Positions 39,394 through 49,837 of a DNA stretch of 64,000 nt are shown one piece after another. Location: contig JANQNK010000019.1 in the NCBI GenBank assembly GCA_028279595.1, positions 1 through 64,000 on the forward strand. The letters are read 5' to 3'. The notes beneath the pieces are model-generated. The model worked only from the letters and a program-made list of their open reading frames with translations. It made no database searches and was not told the DNA's origin. Made by a program: the position numbers and the translations under genes. The first letter of the stretch is position 1. Every line of letters starts with the position of its first letter. Source of the stretch: Thermoplasmatota archaeon (GTDB lineage: Archaea; Thermoplasmatota; JAKEGO01).

Positions 39394-40446
39394 CTATAGC
39401 ACCTTTACCTTGTCGCCGACGTAGATGTCGTCCTCTATGCGGACACCGCCGATCCCGGGGATGTATACACCGGGTTCGATCGTGAATGTGTTGCCCTTCC
39501 TGACGACGTCCTTCTTCGGGCTGGCTATCCGCACCCAGGGTCTCTCGTGGACCTCCAGGCCGAAGCCGTGTCCGGTGGAGTGGACGAAATATCGGTCGTA
39601 GTCCGGCTTGAGCGTCTCCCTGATGGCCGCCTCTATCTCGCAGAACGGAACGCCGACGCCGACCGTCTCGATGCCTGTCAGCTGGGCCTTCTCGACCGCC
39701 GCGTAGATCTTCTTCATCTTCGCCGAGGCATTGGGCATGAGCAGGGTCCTGGATATATCGGAGCAGTATCCGTTGATGAACACTCCGAAATCGATGATGA
39801 CCGCGTCGGACTTCCCGATCCTCCTATTCGTGACGTCGTGATGGGAATATGCCGAGTTCTGCTTCCCGGAGGCCACGATGGTGGTGAAGGACAGAGCCGT
39901 ACCGCCAGCGGACCTCAATGCATGGTCCAGGTCGACCGCGGCCTGGTTCTCGGTCTTTCCGGGGACGATTATCTCGGGGAGCTCCTCGCCCACCTTCTTG
40001 GTTATCCTCACGGCCTTCCTGATCTGGGCCATCTCGTACTCGTCCTTGACCTCGCGCATCTCCTCGACCTTGTCGCTGACCTTGACCTTGACGCCCTTGA
40101 TGCGATCCTTGGCGTCCATCAGGGCCGTCGTGATGTCATAGTGATCAACCACCTTCTTCAGGACCTCTACCGCGGACGCCCCGTCCTTGGGGATCCCATC
40201 GTATGGGCCGAATATCTTCAATGTGTCACAGACAGCCTGTTCCCTGGCCCTGAACTCCTCGAGGGTGGACGTTATGCCGATCGTTCGCCTCGGCGTCACG
40301 ACCAGGTACGTGAGCATGGCAAAGGTCGGTACGTGGGAGCAGGACAGGTAACGGATGTTACCGGGTGTCTTGAATATGAACGCGTCCGCTTCCTTCTCCC
40401 GCATGTGTGCCCTGACCTGGCGTAACCTATTCCTGTAATCGATCAT
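39394..40446 (-). CDS. Xaa-Pro aminopeptidase/dipeptidase (M24)
   Basis: DFG....YCSDISRT, HSTGHG.GLEVHE, TIEPG and GVRIED. Confidence 0.92.
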   Translation of the reverse strand: MIDYRNRLRQVRAHMREKEADAFIFKTPGNIRYLSCSHVPTFAMLTYLVVTPRRTIGITSTLEEFRAREQAVCDTLKIFGPYDGIPKDGASAVEVLKKVVDHYDITTALMDAKDRIKGVKVKVSDKVEEMREVKDEYEMAQIRKAVRITKKVGEELPEIIVPGKTENQAAVDLDHALRSAGGTALSFTTIVASGKQNSAYSHHDVTNRRIGKSDAVIIDFGVFINGYCSDISRTLLMPNASAKMKKIYAAVEKAQLTGIETVGVGVPFCEIEAAIRETLKPDYDRYFVHSTGHGFGLEVHERPWVRIASPKKDVVRKGNTFTIEPGVYIPGIGGVRIEDDIYVGDKVKVL

Positions 40447-40466
40447 TTGCGATCACCTCTTCGTGA

Positions 40467-43328
40467 CTATTCCACTAGGTCTACCTCAGTGGTCGCCCCG
40501 GTATCGTGCCTGCCATACATAAGCTCATCGTACAGCCTGCCCCGTATGAGGTAGGTGTAGATCGCCGTCAGATAGAAGAGCGCGGCGAGCACGCAGAGCA
40601 CGAGCAGGAACTGGATGAGGCCGATGAACACGTAGATCGGCTGGATCGGTATGAAGAACCCGGCGAAGAGCCCGGCGAGGGTGACCGCGGTCGCCTCGAC
40701 GAAGGACCTCCCGGACGTCTCGATCGTCGTTCTGATGCCGTCCAGCGTTTCCCCCTCTTCGCGGAGACGTTCGGTCGTGTGGATAGAGAAATCCACCCCT
40801 GCACCCACGACTATGGACCCAAGCATGGCTGTAATGATCGTCAATGGCGTGTTGAAGAGATACAACGTCAACGGCAATAGACCTACCACTATCGAGAGCG
40901 GAATTACGGTGATGACGGAGTACCGGACGGACCGGAATATGACCATGAGGACTATGAGGACGAATACGAGGGACAGGATCATGCTCGTGATCGCGTTCAC
41001 GAAGATCAGGTCGTTGACGGTGATGCCGATGGCGGCGACACCGGTCAGCTTCGATGTGCTGAGCCCGGCGGGCACCTCCTTCACTGCGGCGTTGACGCCC
41101 TCCACCTTGGACCTCGACTTCTGGACGCTCTCGATGGGCATGTCGATGAAGATGAGCATCTTCGAGTAGTCCGAGTTGATGAAGAACTCCCTCAGTTCCG
41201 GGGAGAGGCTGTCGTAGACCATCTCGATCCAGAACAGGCGGAGGTTGTAAGGCTGCTTGTTCTCGGGGGATTGCTCGATGAGGTCCCAGTAGGTCATGTT
41301 CAGGTACTCGTCCTGCTGGTTGATGTTCGCCAGGCCTGCGACGGAGAGCAAGGCGGGTATGACGTCGTAATCGTCCTGTGCATCCAGAAGGTTCCTGAGG
41401 CGGAGGGTCTTGAAGATATCGACGATGCTGATGGCCCATGTGTCCTTGACCTCGTTTATCCTGTTCTCGAGGTGCTCGGCGCTCCTCAGTACGTCGTAGT
41501 CCTTCATGCTGTACTCGTAATCGTCGCCGATCGCCGGGGCGCCGCGGACGATGACCATCCCGATCTCGCCGCCCTTGAATATCTCGGCGTAGTCCTTGTA
41601 GGTCACCAGGGACTCCTGGTCCTCCGGTGCGAACGATAGGAAGTCGACGTCGGAGCCGACGCCGCCGCTGAGCATAATGGACAACGACAGTAGAAGGAGG
41701 ACGATCCCTCCGGCTAGGATCTTCTTGGTGTGCTTGATGGGTATGGGGGAGATGACCTTGAACTTGTCACCAAGGGTGTCGCCCCTCTTGTGGTAGTCGA
41801 GGAGAAGGACGAGGGGGGGCACGAGGAGCATCGCCATCATGTAGTTGACGATGATCCCGAGGGTGAGGGTCAGTCCGACGGTCTGCATCGGTAGGATGTT
41901 CGTGACCATGAGGGATGCGAAACCGCCCGCGGTGGTTATCGCGGAAAGGAAGACGGCCTTGCCGGTCGTCCGCACGGCGACCTTTATCCTCTCCTGTTTG
42001 TCCTCTATCTGGGACTCCTCCGCGTAACGGTTGGCGATGTAGAGCCCGTAGGCCACACCCAAGGCTATCAGGATCGGACCTACCGCTATCACCTGCGGTG
42101 TGATAGGTAGCTTGGTGATGGCTATGATCGAGAACGTGAGCGCGATGGACACGGAGACCGGTACCAGCGCGATGAACAGGATCTTGAGGGTCCTGTGGAA
42201 GACGAACAGGGCGACGAGGATGAAAAGGGTCGCTATGATGAGGGCGTTGATCCCCTCACGGACGGAGCGGTCCTGGACGTCCTTGGTGACCGGAATGGTA
42301 CCCGTGTCCCTGACCTTGAGCTTCATGTTGGCCGGAACGCGGCCGTTGTAGTCCGCCACCTCGTTCTGGTAGGAGTCCCTGACCCTTACCGTGATCTCGT
42401 CGAAATCGAGGTCCGAGACGAGCCCGATGAGGCAGATCGCGGAGTCCCAGACACCGTCGCCGTTGGTGTCGAGGACGATGTGGTTGAGGATGCGCTCCTC
42501 GACCTGGTTGACCCAGTCATTGACGTCATCCTGGTCCTCTGGAATCTCGTACGAGCCGGACTGGTTTGCCATGATGTCTATCCAGGTGTCGGCCCAGCCG
42601 GTATTGGTCCCGGTGGCCTTCTCGACCTGGTGCTGGAAGGCGTAGAGCGCCTGGGGGGTGCTGCCGTTGAGCTCGCGGATGATGCTGGCGATCGACAGGA
42701 CGTATATGACATCATCCTCGGCCCCGCGGTCGCTCTCGACCGTGTTCAGTCCGCGTTCTATGACGGTCATCTCCTGGAGGATGCCCACGTCGGTGATGTT
42801 GGTGCCTATATTCCTGTCGAAGGCGTTCATGGTCTCGAAGTAGAGCACGAACAGGTCGATGGTCCAGTTCTCCCTCACCTCGTTCAGGATGTTCGACGTC
42901 TCCTCACCTTCTGGTAGGTACACGTCGAAAGCGGCGTTCATGTTGAGATTCAGATAACCAAGCATGTTGGGGGGATCCTCGTTCTCGTTCAGCTTCTTGT
43001 CCACCGCATCCCACTTGACCAGCGGAACGATGAGGATCGATGTGAGGATGAGTGTGACCATGAGCGTGGTCTTGGGGTGCTCGATCATCTTGTCGAACAG
43101 GTTGTAGAATCCCTCCCGGCTGAACACGATGTCGATGTAACGACCACCGGTCTCGTCCACCTTCTTCATTGCGGCGGACGCACGGTCCTTTGCGGAACCT
43201 GCAGCCTCGGTAGAGCGGTCCACGGACTCGGCGGCCTTTGTCAGGCGCTTGTCGAGCGATCTGTCGATCGAGTCCTTGAGGCCCTTCAATCGAGAGAGGG
43301 CCTTCCCTGAACCTGGCTCTTCAGCCAT
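40467..43328 (-). CDS. RND/MMPL-family transporter
   Basis: Two repeats of a large extracellular loop plus TM bundle; G.GVDF.IH motif. Confidence 0.88.
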   Translation of the reverse strand: MAEEPGSGKALSRLKGLKDSIDRSLDKRLTKAAESVDRSTEAAGSAKDRASAAMKKVDETGGRYIDIVFSREGFYNLFDKMIEHPKTTLMVTLILTSILIVPLVKWDAVDKKLNENEDPPNMLGYLNLNMNAAFDVYLPEGEETSNILNEVRENWTIDLFVLYFETMNAFDRNIGTNITDVGILQEMTVIERGLNTVESDRGAEDDVIYVLSIASIIRELNGSTPQALYAFQHQVEKATGTNTGWADTWIDIMANQSGSYEIPEDQDDVNDWVNQVEERILNHIVLDTNGDGVWDSAICLIGLVSDLDFDEITVRVRDSYQNEVADYNGRVPANMKLKVRDTGTIPVTKDVQDRSVREGINALIIATLFILVALFVFHRTLKILFIALVPVSVSIALTFSIIAITKLPITPQVIAVGPILIALGVAYGLYIANRYAEESQIEDKQERIKVAVRTTGKAVFLSAITTAGGFASLMVTNILPMQTVGLTLTLGIIVNYMMAMLLVPPLVLLLDYHKRGDTLGDKFKVISPIPIKHTKKILAGGIVLLLLSLSIMLSGGVGSDVDFLSFAPEDQESLVTYKDYAEIFKGGEIGMVIVRGAPAIGDDYEYSMKDYDVLRSAEHLENRINEVKDTWAISIVDIFKTLRLRNLLDAQDDYDVIPALLSVAGLANINQQDEYLNMTYWDLIEQSPENKQPYNLRLFWIEMVYDSLSPELREFFINSDYSKMLIFIDMPIESVQKSRSKVEGVNAAVKEVPAGLSTSKLTGVAAIGITVNDLIFVNAITSMILSLVFVLIVLMVIFRSVRYSVITVIPLSIVVGLLPLTLYLFNTPLTIITAMLGSIVVGAGVDFSIHTTERLREEGETLDGIRTTIETSGRSFVEATAVTLAGLFAGFFIPIQPIYVFIGLIQFLLVLCVLAALFYLTAIYTYLIRGRLYDELMYGRHDTGATTEVDLVE

Positions 43329-43378
43329 CCAATCTCCTCATCCGGGGCTATTCCAAGGTATGATATAGGTTTTTCGCA

Positions 43379-43576
43379 TCAGGCGTGGTATTCCGCCCAC
43401 CTCTCGGCCGTGTACCACATCGGATGCTCCACCCTGTCGTACCTCTCGCAGGCGCCAGCTATGTTCCCGTTGCAGGTCCCGTCGAGGTATCCCCGGCAGA
43501 AACTGCATCGCTCGGAACTCACCGCGCTCCGCTTCATCTTCACCATCATCTCACCTTTTCGACTCATCCTTCGCAA
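43379..43576 (-). CDS. Small Cys-rich hypothetical protein
   Basis: CSFC...C......C; AGGTGA motif suggests a start near 43549. Confidence 0.55.
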   Translation of the reverse strand: MRRMSRKGEMMVKMKRSAVSSERCSFCRGYLDGTCNGNIAGACERYDRVEHPMWYTAERWAEYHA

Positions 43577-44334
43577 GAGTACAGGCTGTCGAACAGTATG
43601 TTGTTGAACGTTACCAATGCCTGGTTCTCCGTGACAATGCCGACCATGTCAGCTCCGGTCCCCGAGGTGTCCAGACCACCGACGTAGACCTGTCGGCCGT
43701 CGATAATAAGCAGTCCCGCGTTCGGGACGTTCTGGATGCTCGCTTCCAGGAAGTCCACCGCCTCCTGCGGGACTAGTTCTGGCGGCAGGATCGCCTTGAC
43801 ATCGAGACCTGCCTTCTTCGACTCCACAAGGAGGTCCGTGATCTTCTCGACGATCGACTGGGGAACGACCGTCGCCACGACCTTCACCTCGTGTTCCGCC
43901 GTCTTGATCATCTCCTCGATCCGCTTGAAGGCCTCCAGTCCACGGACTACGGTGATCTCGGACATCTTGACAGGGATGTTGTTGTAGACCGGTTTCAGGG
44001 CACCGACGGCCGTCTTGTAGGCCTTCGAGACCGCCTTCCGCCTGAGGTCGAGGACCTTCTCCGGGTCCACGGGTGCGAACATGCGAGGCGCTTCCGAGAC
44101 CTTCTTGACCCATCCCTTGGACATCAGTCGGTCGAAGATCCCGTAGACCTTCGTCCTCGAAAAACTGAGGTATTGACTGATGTCTCCGACCGTGGAAACG
44201 CCCTTGGTCAGGAGGAGCCTGTAGACGTCGGCCTCCTCCCGTTCCAGTCCCATGTCCTCGAGGGCATGGAGCACCTCTTCGGTCCCCGTCTCCTCGGTCT
44301 CGCCGTCCGGTTCCTTGGGCTCGTCAGGGTTCAC
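43564..44334 (-). CDS. TrmB-family transcriptional regulator
   Basis: GL...EA.VY..LL, SRTKVY.....L..KG.V and a C-terminal PLD-like effector domain; GTG at 44334 follows a TATA box. Confidence 0.88.
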   Translation of the reverse strand: MNPDEPKEPDGETEETGTEEVLHALEDMGLEREEADVYRLLLTKGVSTVGDISQYLSFSRTKVYGIFDRLMSKGWVKKVSEAPRMFAPVDPEKVLDLRRKAVSKAYKTAVGALKPVYNNIPVKMSEITVVRGLEAFKRIEEMIKTAEHEVKVVATVVPQSIVEKITDLLVESKKAGLDVKAILPPELVPQEAVDFLEASIQNVPNAGLLIIDGRQVYVGGLDTSGTGADMVGIVTENQALVTFNNILFDSLYSCEG

Positions 44335-44522
44335 CAGTCCGTCCTTACGGCCTGAGGGTATATAAACGTTCTCTAAAAAAGAAACAGTAATAACAATGGG
44401 GTGCATTTATACTGACTGGACAAAACGTCTGCAATCGACGAAATTATGCCGAAAAATCGAAAAAACGAGATTCAAATGTATCAAAATCACATGAAGGATT
44501 TTGACATTATATCTATCGGCAT

Positions 44523-44983
44523 GTGGGCCCGCTGAGACCCGGGCGCTTAAGACCTCATTGATCTAGAATTCTAACGCACGGGTAAGGCGGGGCTACGATT
44601 GTCAGAGTGCAAGAATTAGAGTGGGCTTGCCGAGACCGGACGCTTAAGACCTCATTGATCTCCCGTTATAACGTCCGGGCTAGATGGCCCGTAGGGTCAT
44701 CGAGATTCGACCTAGATGAAGCTCCGCTTCATCAGGGTTTGTGAATGGTCGACATATCGAATACAGCATTCACAAACACTCTGTTGAAGAGCGACTTCTT
44801 ATCAAGGCGGGCCCGTCGCTAATTAATTAATTAGGAGTGGGCCCGCCGAGATTCGACCTGGATGAAGCGGAGCTTCATCAGGGTTCGTGAATGATCGAGA
44901 ATTCAATTACTTCATTCACAAACACTCTGTTGGAGAGCGAGTTCTTATCAACGCGGGCCCATCGCTAACTCATTGATTCTGAG
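44523..44983. repeat. tRNA-Pro 3'-trailer repeat array (two ~96-bp A units and two 146-bp B units)
   Basis: Repeated GTGGGCCCGC.GAGA tRNA 3'-end fragments and shared hairpins. Confidence 0.85.
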
Positions 44984-45098
44984 TGGGCCCGCGGAGATTC
45001 GAACTCCGGTATCCAGCTGTCCGTTTCATCGGAGGGAAGCGGCTCCCCTCTCTACGAACCCCGAGCTGGGAGGATGGACCAAGCTACCCTACGGGCCC
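44984..45098 (-). tRNA. Intron-containing tRNA-Pro (probably GGG; 40-nt intron)
   Basis: Aligns with the tRNA-Pro at 7343; CCAGC/GCTGG anticodon stem enclosing 47 nt. Confidence 0.82.
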
Positions 45099-45311
45099 TT
45101 GTAATCAGTGGATACCTTTTCGATATATAAACTCGATGTCATGGTCCCATCCTCCAGCTCCCACAAGCGCGATATTGTGTTTTGATGTGGCGGAGAAATT
45201 GCGACGATTGGTGGAACGAATATCAAGTGACGAGATCGGTCGACTGCCTGATGAATTTATGTCTAGAGGTCGGCCACGCGTCGACGGAGTACCGGTCGAA
45301 TGGTTTGGAAA

Positions 45312-46418
45312 TCAGATCAGGAGTTCCCCATCCTTGATCACGGTCTCCCTGTCGCCATCCTCGTAGAGGAGGACGACCGTGGGCTCCTTGACAAGGCCGT
45401 CAAGATGTGTCAGCGCCTTGGCGTCCTCGTCGTAGTTGGAGCCGAGGGCGAAGTGGCAGGTCCGGAACACCTTCTCGTCCTCGAGCATGTTCCCGACGAT
45501 CTCGGCTGCAGGGTTGAGACCGATGCCGAACTCTCCGATGCTGTACGTGTTCTTCGAATACGACTCGGCGTCGGATGCCGAGATCTTGCCATCTTCCACG
45601 AACTGGAAAGGGAGCTTGGATGAGCGTTTCAGCGCAGCGTCCAGCAGCGTGGCTTCGAAGCCGCCGGCGATGTCGTAGGCGTAGCCATCCTTGACGTGTA
45701 CGACGATGGGCTCCTCGGGAATGACCTCGCCTTCGGGTAGGGACATGACTCCGTCGAAGGCTATCACGCCCTCCGACGTCCCGAGCTCTGGTGAAACGAA
45801 CGTCTCACCTGCCGGAAGGTTCCCTCCAGTGCCGGGATCCCTGAAGTCACCATCGTCGGACTTGCCCTTCCTTCCGTTCAGTCCCACGGACAGGTCGGTG
45901 CCTCCCGGCGCGGTGATGTGGGCGGACACTCCTTTGTCTATCCGGCCCTTCAGTGTGGAGCTCCTTCGACGAAGCTCGTCGTAATCGATGGGGACGGTCT
46001 TGACGAACATCTCCGTCGTTACGCCTGGTGACCAGAACGACCTGGATATCTTCTCTCCGAGAAGGTAGGTGAAGATGTGGTCATATGTCTTCTCACCGGT
46101 CATGTACGGGGTCTTGAGTGCCTCCCTGTCCTTGCCGATCTTCTCGTGACTGATCGAGAGGATGATGTCTGGCTCGGTCTTGAGAGCGGCGATCACGGCC
46201 GGCTCCGCGAAATCCAGCTGACCCTTCACCTTCTGGTAGACGAGGATCGGGGCACCGTCCAGGTCCATGCTCGCATCGAAGAGAGCCTCGGAAATGGCCT
46301 TTACGTTCTCCCTGGGATTGGTGACGATGAGTACAGATTCATCCTCCTTGAGCCCCATGACCTCGGACATGGCCACGTCTGCGGCCTTCCTTAGTTCGCC
46401 GTCAGCGCCGAACATCAT
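45312..46418 (-). CDS. M29 (AmpS/T-like) aminopeptidase
   Basis: [22 protein letters not shown]....H.ALG.N and HLD. Confidence 0.88.
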   Translation of the reverse strand: MMFGADGELRKAADVAMSEVMGLKEDESVLIVTNPRENVKAISEALFDASMDLDGAPILVYQKVKGQLDFAEPAVIAALKTEPDIILSISHEKIGKDREALKTPYMTGEKTYDHIFTYLLGEKISRSFWSPGVTTEMFVKTVPIDYDELRRRSSTLKGRIDKGVSAHITAPGGTDLSVGLNGRKGKSDDGDFRDPGTGGNLPAGETFVSPELGTSEGVIAFDGVMSLPEGEVIPEEPIVVHVKDGYAYDIAGGFEATLLDAALKRSSKLPFQFVEDGKISASDAESYSKNTYSIGEFGIGLNPAAEIVGNMLEDEKVFRTCHFALGSNYDEDAKALTHLDGLVKEPTVVLLYEDGDRETVIKDGELLI

Positions 46419-46425
46419 ATCACAC

Positions 46426-48495
46426 TCACACGAAGAACGGCAGGAACACGAGCGCGACAATGCTCATCAGTTTGATCAGGATGTTCAGGCTCGGCCCGGC
46501 AGTGTCCTTGAGGGGGTCGCCGACCGTGTCACCGACAACGGCGGCCTTGTGGGCATCGGAGCCCTTTCCACCCAGGTTCCCGGCCTCGACGTACTTCTTG
46601 GCGTTGTCCCAGGCGCCCCCCGCGTTGGACATGAATATTGCAAGGAGCAGGCCCGATACGAGGGATCCTGCCAGGAATCCTCCGAGCGCCTCGAGGCTCC
46701 AGTAACCGATGGCAAGCGGCATGACGATGACGATTATCGTTGGCAGGACCATCTCGCGGAGCGAGGACTTCGTCGCGATGGCGACGCAGCGCTCGGTGTC
46801 CGGCTTCGCCTTGCCCTCCATCAGGCCCGGGATCTCCCGGAACTGGCGCCTGACCTCGTCCACGATGGACATGGCGGCCTTTCCGACGGAGTTCATGGCC
46901 ATGGCGGAGAAGATGAACGGCATCAGTGCGCCGAGGAACAGACCGACGGTCACGTTCGCCTCGGCGAGGTCGATGTGATCTATCCCGGATACGGACTGGA
47001 AGGTGGAATACAGGGCGAGGGCCGCGAGAGCAGCCGAGCCGATCGCGAAACCCTTGCCTATCGCGGCGGTTGTGTTGCCGACCGCGTCGAGCTCCTCGGT
47101 CCGCTGGCGAGCGACCTTTCCGCGTCCTGCCATCTCCGCGATCCCTTGTGCATTGTCCGCCACTGGCCCGTAGGTGTCGATGGCCAGTGTGACCCCAAGA
47201 GTAGAGAGCATGCCCATGGCCGCGAGAGCGATGCCGTAGAGGCCAGCGACCTCGAAGGAGATCAGGATGGCGATGCAGATCACGACCACCGGAATGGCCG
47301 TGCTGAGCAGTCCCACGGCAAAACCGGAGATGATGACTGTACCGGCCCCTGTCGTGGCCGACTTGGCGATATGCTTCGTCGGCGATCTCTCCTCCGATGT
47401 GAAGTAATCGGTGGAGAATCCGATGGCCATTCCGGCCAGGAGACCGGCCATGAGAGCGATGTAGAGCTCGCTGACGAACTCGCCTATGTACATGGTGATC
47501 ACTGGGATGGAGAGGAGCCCCATCATGATGGCGCCGACGACGGTCCCGCTGAGAAGGGCGGTCCTCGGGCTCTTACCGCCCTTTAGACCGTAGACTGCGA
47601 GTATTCCGACGATCGATGATAGGATCCCGACCGATGTCAAGAGCAGGGGAAGGATCATCGCCTGGTCGCCGGTGATGGAGACGTCCCCCATGAGCCTGAC
47701 AAGCATGTCGTCGTCCTCGGGAGTGAAGGGCTGTCTGGCCTTGACCACGGCCATTGCAGCGCCTAGCGCCATGGCGGCGATGATGGCATCGACGTAGGAT
47801 TCGAAGAGGTCGGCTCCCATACCGGCCACGTCGCCCACGTTGTCGCCGACGTTGTCAGCGATGCCAGCCGGGTTCCGGGGATCGTCCTCGGGTATGCCGG
47901 CCTCGATCTTGCCGACGAGGTCGGCGCCGACATCGGCTGCTTTCGTGTAGATGCCTCCACCGAGGCGGGCGAAAAGGGCGATGGAACTCGCTCCGAAGCC
48001 GAAGGCATAGAGCGCCTCGATATGGGATTCGCCTACCAGAAGGAACATCGTCGCGACGCCCAGCAGACCGAGACCCGATACGGTCAGGCCCATTATGGCC
48101 CCGCTCGAGAAGGCGGTCTGAAGGCCGTGCATCAGGGACCTCTCGGCGGCGTATGTGGTCTTCCCATTCGCCATGGTCGCCACGCGCATGCCGATGTTCC
48201 CGGCGAGGGCCGAGAGGAGCGCGCCCATGCCGAAGGCGATCCACGAATACTGTTCGATCTTCCCGTAGTGCGTCTCGCCGATCATCAGGATCATCATTAT
48301 GACGACCACGAAGATTATCAGCACCTCGTATTCCTTGTTCAGAAACGTCACTGCGCCCTTCTGGATCTCCTTGCTGATCTCCTGGATCTTCTTGGGTCCG
48401 GAAGACCTGCCGGCCAGCCAGATGGCTATGGTAACAGCACCTATTATGGCCAGAAGTCCAGTCATTATGGCGAGGTAGATCAGGTTCACGTCCAT
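46426..48495 (-). CDS. hppA: K+-dependent, probably Na+-translocating membrane pyrophosphatase
   Basis: [33 protein letters not shown] and DLFESY. Confidence 0.95.
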   Translation of the reverse strand: MDVNLIYLAIMTGLLAIIGAVTIAIWLAGRSSGPKKIQEISKEIQKGAVTFLNKEYEVLIIFVVVIMMILMIGETHYGKIEQYSWIAFGMGALLSALAGNIGMRVATMANGKTTYAAERSLMHGLQTAFSSGAIMGLTVSGLGLLGVATMFLLVGESHIEALYAFGFGASSIALFARLGGGIYTKAADVGADLVGKIEAGIPEDDPRNPAGIADNVGDNVGDVAGMGADLFESYVDAIIAAMALGAAMAVVKARQPFTPEDDDMLVRLMGDVSITGDQAMILPLLLTSVGILSSIVGILAVYGLKGGKSPRTALLSGTVVGAIMMGLLSIPVITMYIGEFVSELYIALMAGLLAGMAIGFSTDYFTSEERSPTKHIAKSATTGAGTVIISGFAVGLLSTAIPVVVICIAILISFEVAGLYGIALAAMGMLSTLGVTLAIDTYGPVADNAQGIAEMAGRGKVARQRTEELDAVGNTTAAIGKGFAIGSAALAALALYSTFQSVSGIDHIDLAEANVTVGLFLGALMPFIFSAMAMNSVGKAAMSIVDEVRRQFREIPGLMEGKAKPDTERCVAIATKSSLREMVLPTIIVIVMPLAIGYWSLEALGGFLAGSLVSGLLLAIFMSNAGGAWDNAKKYVEAGNLGGKGSDAHKAAVVGDTVGDPLKDTAGPSLNILIKLMSIVALVFLPFFV

Positions 48496-48510
48496 TTTGT
48501 CACCTCAAAG

Positions 48511-48601
48511 TGCCGGGGGCGGGGTTCGAACCCGCGACCTTCGGATGCCTCAGGCGGAATCCCTATGAGTCCGACGCTCCGCCAGGCTGAGCCACCCCGG
48601 C
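48511..48601 (-). tRNA. tRNA-Met(CAU), elongator, with 17-nt canonical intron
   Basis: TCGGA-CTCATA-[GGGATTCCGCCTGAGGC]-A-TCCGA; CTCA/TGAG BHB helix. Confidence 0.9.
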
Positions 48602-48683
48602 ACGCCCGATACATCGACGTTCAACATATAAGATTAGCGGTTGAACATGATTTTTTATACTAGCCTGGACGTCCTGTGGACAG

Positions 48684-49766
48684 ATGCCCGAGCTCCGCTG
48701 GAAGAACATGAAGATCGCCCACGGAAAGCCCCCGATGGGATGCGTCCAATGCGAGAAGGGAGCGAAGATGGTACTGCTCGCGACCGGCCTCTGCGACGTC
48801 GGTTGTTGGTACTGTCCCTTGTCGGCGAGGAAGCTCGGGAACGACGTCGCTTTCGCCAACGAACTCCAGGTCGAACCCGAAGACAAGGACTCCATCATCA
48901 GGGAGGCAAGGATGGTCGACGCTCTGGGGACCGGCATCACAGGAGGAGACCCTGCTGTGGTGCTCGACAGGACCGTCGATTACATCTCGACCCTGAAGTC
49001 AGGGTTCGGGGACTCCCATCACGTTCATCTATACACGGGAACTCCGCTCGGTCCGGCTCAGCTCGACAAGCTGAGCGAAGCGGGATTGGACGAGGTCAGG
49101 TTCCATCCCAAACCCGCAGGCTGGAAGGACCTGCCCGAACCTCACAGAAGGGCTGCATCCGATGCGATGGACCGGGGTATCGTCACCGGCTTCGAGATAC
49201 CGGCCATTCCCGGGACTAAGAAGGACATCCTTGCGTTGGTGGACACTCTCGAGGCCATGGAGGTAGCGTTCATCAACCTCAATGAACTGGAGTACTCGGA
49301 GACGAACTGGGACGCCATGCAGGAGAGGGAGCACACTTGGCGGACCGACACCTCGAACGCCATCAGGGGCAGCGAGAAGGTCGCGGTCCAGGTCGTCACC
49401 TTCGCACACGACGCAGACCTCAACATGACCGTCCATTTCTGCAGTTCCGCCTACAAGGACGGCGTTCAGCTCAGGAACCGGCTCAGAAGGAGGGCGAAGA
49501 ACGTCGCCTGCGCAAGGGACGTTATCACAACCGACGGCACGATCATGAAGGGGATCGTCGAGACCAACGACCCCGAGAAGGTCATGAAGAACATCGTGGA
49601 ACTGTTCGAGGTGCCGAAGGAAATGGTCGGAGTGAACGAGGGAAGGGTCGAGATCGCGCCCTGGATACTCGAGGAGATAGCCTCCAGGATCGAGGAGAAG
49701 GCGTTCATCATCGAGGTCTACCCGACCGAGGACAGGCTCGAGGTCGAAAGGGCCCCATTGAACTGA
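48684..49766 (+). CDS. Conserved archaeal radical SAM protein
   Basis: GCVQC, CxxxCxxC (CDVGCWYC), ITGGDP and LDEVRFHP. Confidence 0.9.
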   Translation: MPELRWKNMKIAHGKPPMGCVQCEKGAKMVLLATGLCDVGCWYCPLSARKLGNDVAFANELQVEPEDKDSIIREARMVDALGTGITGGDPAVVLDRTVDYISTLKSGFGDSHHVHLYTGTPLGPAQLDKLSEAGLDEVRFHPKPAGWKDLPEPHRRAASDAMDRGIVTGFEIPAIPGTKKDILALVDTLEAMEVAFINLNELEYSETNWDAMQEREHTWRTDTSNAIRGSEKVAVQVVTFAHDADLNMTVHFCSSAYKDGVQLRNRLRRRAKNVACARDVITTDGTIMKGIVETNDPEKVMKNIVELFEVPKEMVGVNEGRVEIAPWILEEIASRIEEKAFIIEVYPTEDRLEVERAPLN

Positions 49767-49837
49767 ATCAATCAATACTGGGGGGCTAGTTCGTCATCTC
49801 AAAGCAAAGGTGGCCTCTAACGTGCTTATTTTCACGT

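Noticed and set aside
44983-45366. 127-aa ORF MGPRRFELR...
   Set aside because: Antisense translation of the intron-containing tRNA-Pro.
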